Assembly: GCA_026023565.1 (NCBI GenBank)
Contig: JAPETS010000026.1
Span: 310,001-374,000, forward strand
Length of the DNA stretch: 64,000 nt
DNA from: Cirrosporium novae-zelandiae
Taxonomy: Eukaryota
Direction: 5' to 3'
The translations under genes were made by a program, and so were the position numbers. The notes under the pieces were generated by a model that saw only the letters and a list, made by a program, of their open reading frames with translations, made no database searches and had not been told where the DNA came from. How positions within the stretch are numbered: position 1 is the first letter of the stretch; every line of letters starts with the position of its first letter. Shown piece after piece: positions 61,652 to 64,000 of the stretch.

Positions 61652-62939
61652 CTGGCATAACCTGAAGGCGAGATGCGGACTGGAAAATGAATCATCATCC
61701 CTTGGTTGATCAAGCCAAACTAAGTTCAACTAGGCGGCGGGGGAATACGGGAAAGTCAACCTTATGTCCTAGATCTTATATCCTATGCTATCTATATTAG
61801 TGAATAGTAGTAGAAGCAAGTGGTCCACTGCCCATATCATTCATTCATGCTGCTTACATTCATGCTGCTTAGTTAGTAGTTCGACCACGAACGAGTATGA
61901 TGACCATGAATGAGCTCGAGCAAAAGCAAAACCATAAACACAAAACACAAAAACGTAAAAAAAAAAATCAATTGAAACTTCTCTCTCACTGAAAAAAAAC
62001 CCAGAACATTATTCCCCTGTTTGGAAAGCTAGGAGGAACTTAGATACCTAGATACTTACCTAGGTAGGTAGATGCAGATGCAGATGTAGATATGAAGATA
62101 AGACCCCTGGGGCGTTATTGTATGCAACATCAAGTTTTTTTTTTAGCTTTCGCGTTGTTCCTCTTGGATGGAAGGAATAAGTAGTAGAAAGTATATCGTA
62201 CATAGATATATGATTTTGTGATGGGCCGATCGTTGTGATTGTGATAATTTCTGCACGACTCTACTCTAGTCTTCTTCAATTCCTCTGATCCAAATTTCTT
62301 CTACTCAGGTCTCTCTCTCTTGCTGCTCTACTAGGCGAACACTTCCTCGCGGAGTCCTTCCTTACCTTGGATAGTAATATTGAGCGGCTACTGCTCTTGA
62401 TGGTTGGAGTGCTAGCTAGGAGGCGCCCACATCATGTAAGAAGATGCCTTGGTGATGAGGATGAAAATTTGAGAGAGCTGAACTGAGCTGAGGAAGAGGA
62501 TTGCAATGGCAGAGGCGTTTGGGAGTTCTGGATGCCTTGGCGGTAGGAAGGTGTGGTAAAGAATGAGGTTGAGGTTGAGCGTGAGTTGAGTGCGTTAGGA
62601 GAAGGAACACAAGGAAAGGCGGGGGAAAAGGGTTTTTTTTCTCACACGAACGGGGCGAATTGGGCCGTGTGCAATATATATGTATGCATTGCATATATGT
62701 ATGTTTCTTCACTTTCCGACAAGCATTATTTCATTTCATCCTCAGGCACATTTATTATTTGTATGTATGTTAGTTAGGCACATTTGTCTCCTAACAATAA
62801 CAACAATAACAATAATAATAGTGCCCAACACACACACTGGACCCCAAAATTTAAGAATTGTTTCCCCTTTAATATTTCTTTTTGCTAGTCCAGTCCTATT
62901 TCTGAAGATTGGCGATTAATTATATTTTTTTTTTGAAAA

Positions 62940-63214
62940 TGTGGACCGAGGTTCCTGGTTGTAAACTCAGCTGAGGGTTTGGTTATTAGTAGGGTTTCAG
63001 GGTGAGGAAACCTGCGCCACAAGTACATGGAACGGGTGCTGTGATACATACTTTCTACATACGCGCCCTTGGCTCGCACATCACACACACAAATGAAGGA
63101 TTTTGATCACAACAAAATCATTGAAGTTGATGGGGAAGGGAAACATCCCATGGCGATGATGAAGGATGGAGGTTCCGTTCATGGCTAAGCTACTCTGAAT
63201 AATAGCTGAAGAAG
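62940..63214 (+). pseudogene. Possible fragment of a decayed FAD-dependent monooxygenase gene
   Basis: One frame reads KYMERVL*YIL..DHNKIIEVDGEGKHPMAMMKDGGSVHG*, then after a frameshift IIAEEG followed by a GTATGT donor at 63215. This resembles the KVV.VD..DG..V.GD.IIGADG segment. Weak. Confidence 0.25.
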
Positions 63215-64000
63215 GTATGTAACCCCCCCCTCCCCCCTCCATATTCCCTTTTACACCTCTTCATGTTATATTATTTTCCATGTCAAGTTTTTGTCTCGCA
63301 AGTCAAGCATATGATGAACAAACTGTTACCTCATAGCTGAGCGGCCGGCCATGTCGTTGTCGTCGCGCTGACGCTTGAATAAACAAAATCTGAATAAGTA
63401 AAAATCTGAACATCTTGACTTTGCTTCTGGGTTTCTTCTTCTTCTGCTTCGTTTAGTATTGGTGAGGGCCGAGAGTTCTTCGAGGCTGACTATGTGGTTT
63501 CTGGAGTGAATTCCTTAGGATCTTTTGTCTGGTTATGGTTAGATGGATGAGATGGGGATTGAGATGGAGATGGAGATGGAGCTTTTGGTGTGGGAATGCT
63601 TCTAGGCAAGAAGATAGGATTGGAGTTGATGCTTGCAGGCTTTGTTCATAGCAGCTGTTTGACACAACTGAGGGTTGGTTTGAGATAAGGTAAAGAGGAC
63701 TCATAGTCTGCTACAATTTGAGGAGAGAGTGCAAAAGAAGGATCGAACAAAATATGAAATTCTTATGTCCAAATGACCAACTTCGACAACAAAAACCGGG
63801 GCACCGAAGGACCGCACACATGAGACAGTAGTTAAGGTATTGAGACATCTGACCTTCGATCTCAGTCCTTATTCTCGAGATGCCGATAACATTACATGGT
63901 ATTGGCTTGAAAAAACCTAAATTATATCAATGGGCAAGAGTTAACGTTAAAAAAAAACGAGGCTGCAGTTATAATTTGCGAGGTTTATCCTACGTGTAAA

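Noticed and set aside
63156..63209. ATGATGA...CTGA as a C/D box snoRNA
   Set aside because: Too short, no terminal stem, and no convincing rRNA-complementary guide.
1..64000. CRISPR arrays, tRNA genes, spliceosomal snRNAs, intact transposons and stop-codon read-through to a peroxisomal PTS1
   Set aside because: No repeat-spacer arrays, no cloverleaf around the GTTCGA-like hits (about 43170, 50170), no U1/U2/U6 cores seen, no transposase or RT motifs, and no TGA-CTA/SKL-type extension after the ADH or ARD1 stops.

Overview
Eukaryotic DNA from a filamentous ascomycete (Pezizomycotina), judged from short GT-AG introns with CTAAC/CTGAC-type branch points and from the gene content. I built about 17 apparently intact protein-coding gene models by hand: an F-box protein, a DUF3445/HDOD-like protein, a STRAP-like WD40 protein, a BTB protein with a Cys-rich tail, an MFS transporter, ATG3, an RSR1/Rap1 GTPase, the leucine-catabolism cluster (mccB-ivdA-acidic unknown gene-mccA), a MARVEL-like membrane protein, D-arabinitol 2-dehydrogenase, a DUF1752-like protein, a His-rich type I membrane protein, an F-box-like protein, a Zn-dependent alcohol dehydrogenase and a RING protein. 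The ORF track misses several things. (1) Two spliced pseudogenes lie in the first 6 kb; one is a dead transcription factor combining a WRKY/FAR1-like CCHH region with a Zn2Cys6 cluster, and its lesions look like C-to-T hypermutation. (2) A degenerate dispersed 5S rRNA copy lies at 41513-41656. (3) Both divergent promoters of the leucine cluster share three motifs in the same order. (4) Short C/A-rich to G/T-rich strand-skew inversions recur regardless of gene orientation. (5) The palindrome TACCTAGGTA recurs. I found no CRISPR array, tRNA or intact transposon. Family names come from motif recognition, not database searches, and I cannot claim a confirmed novel system.
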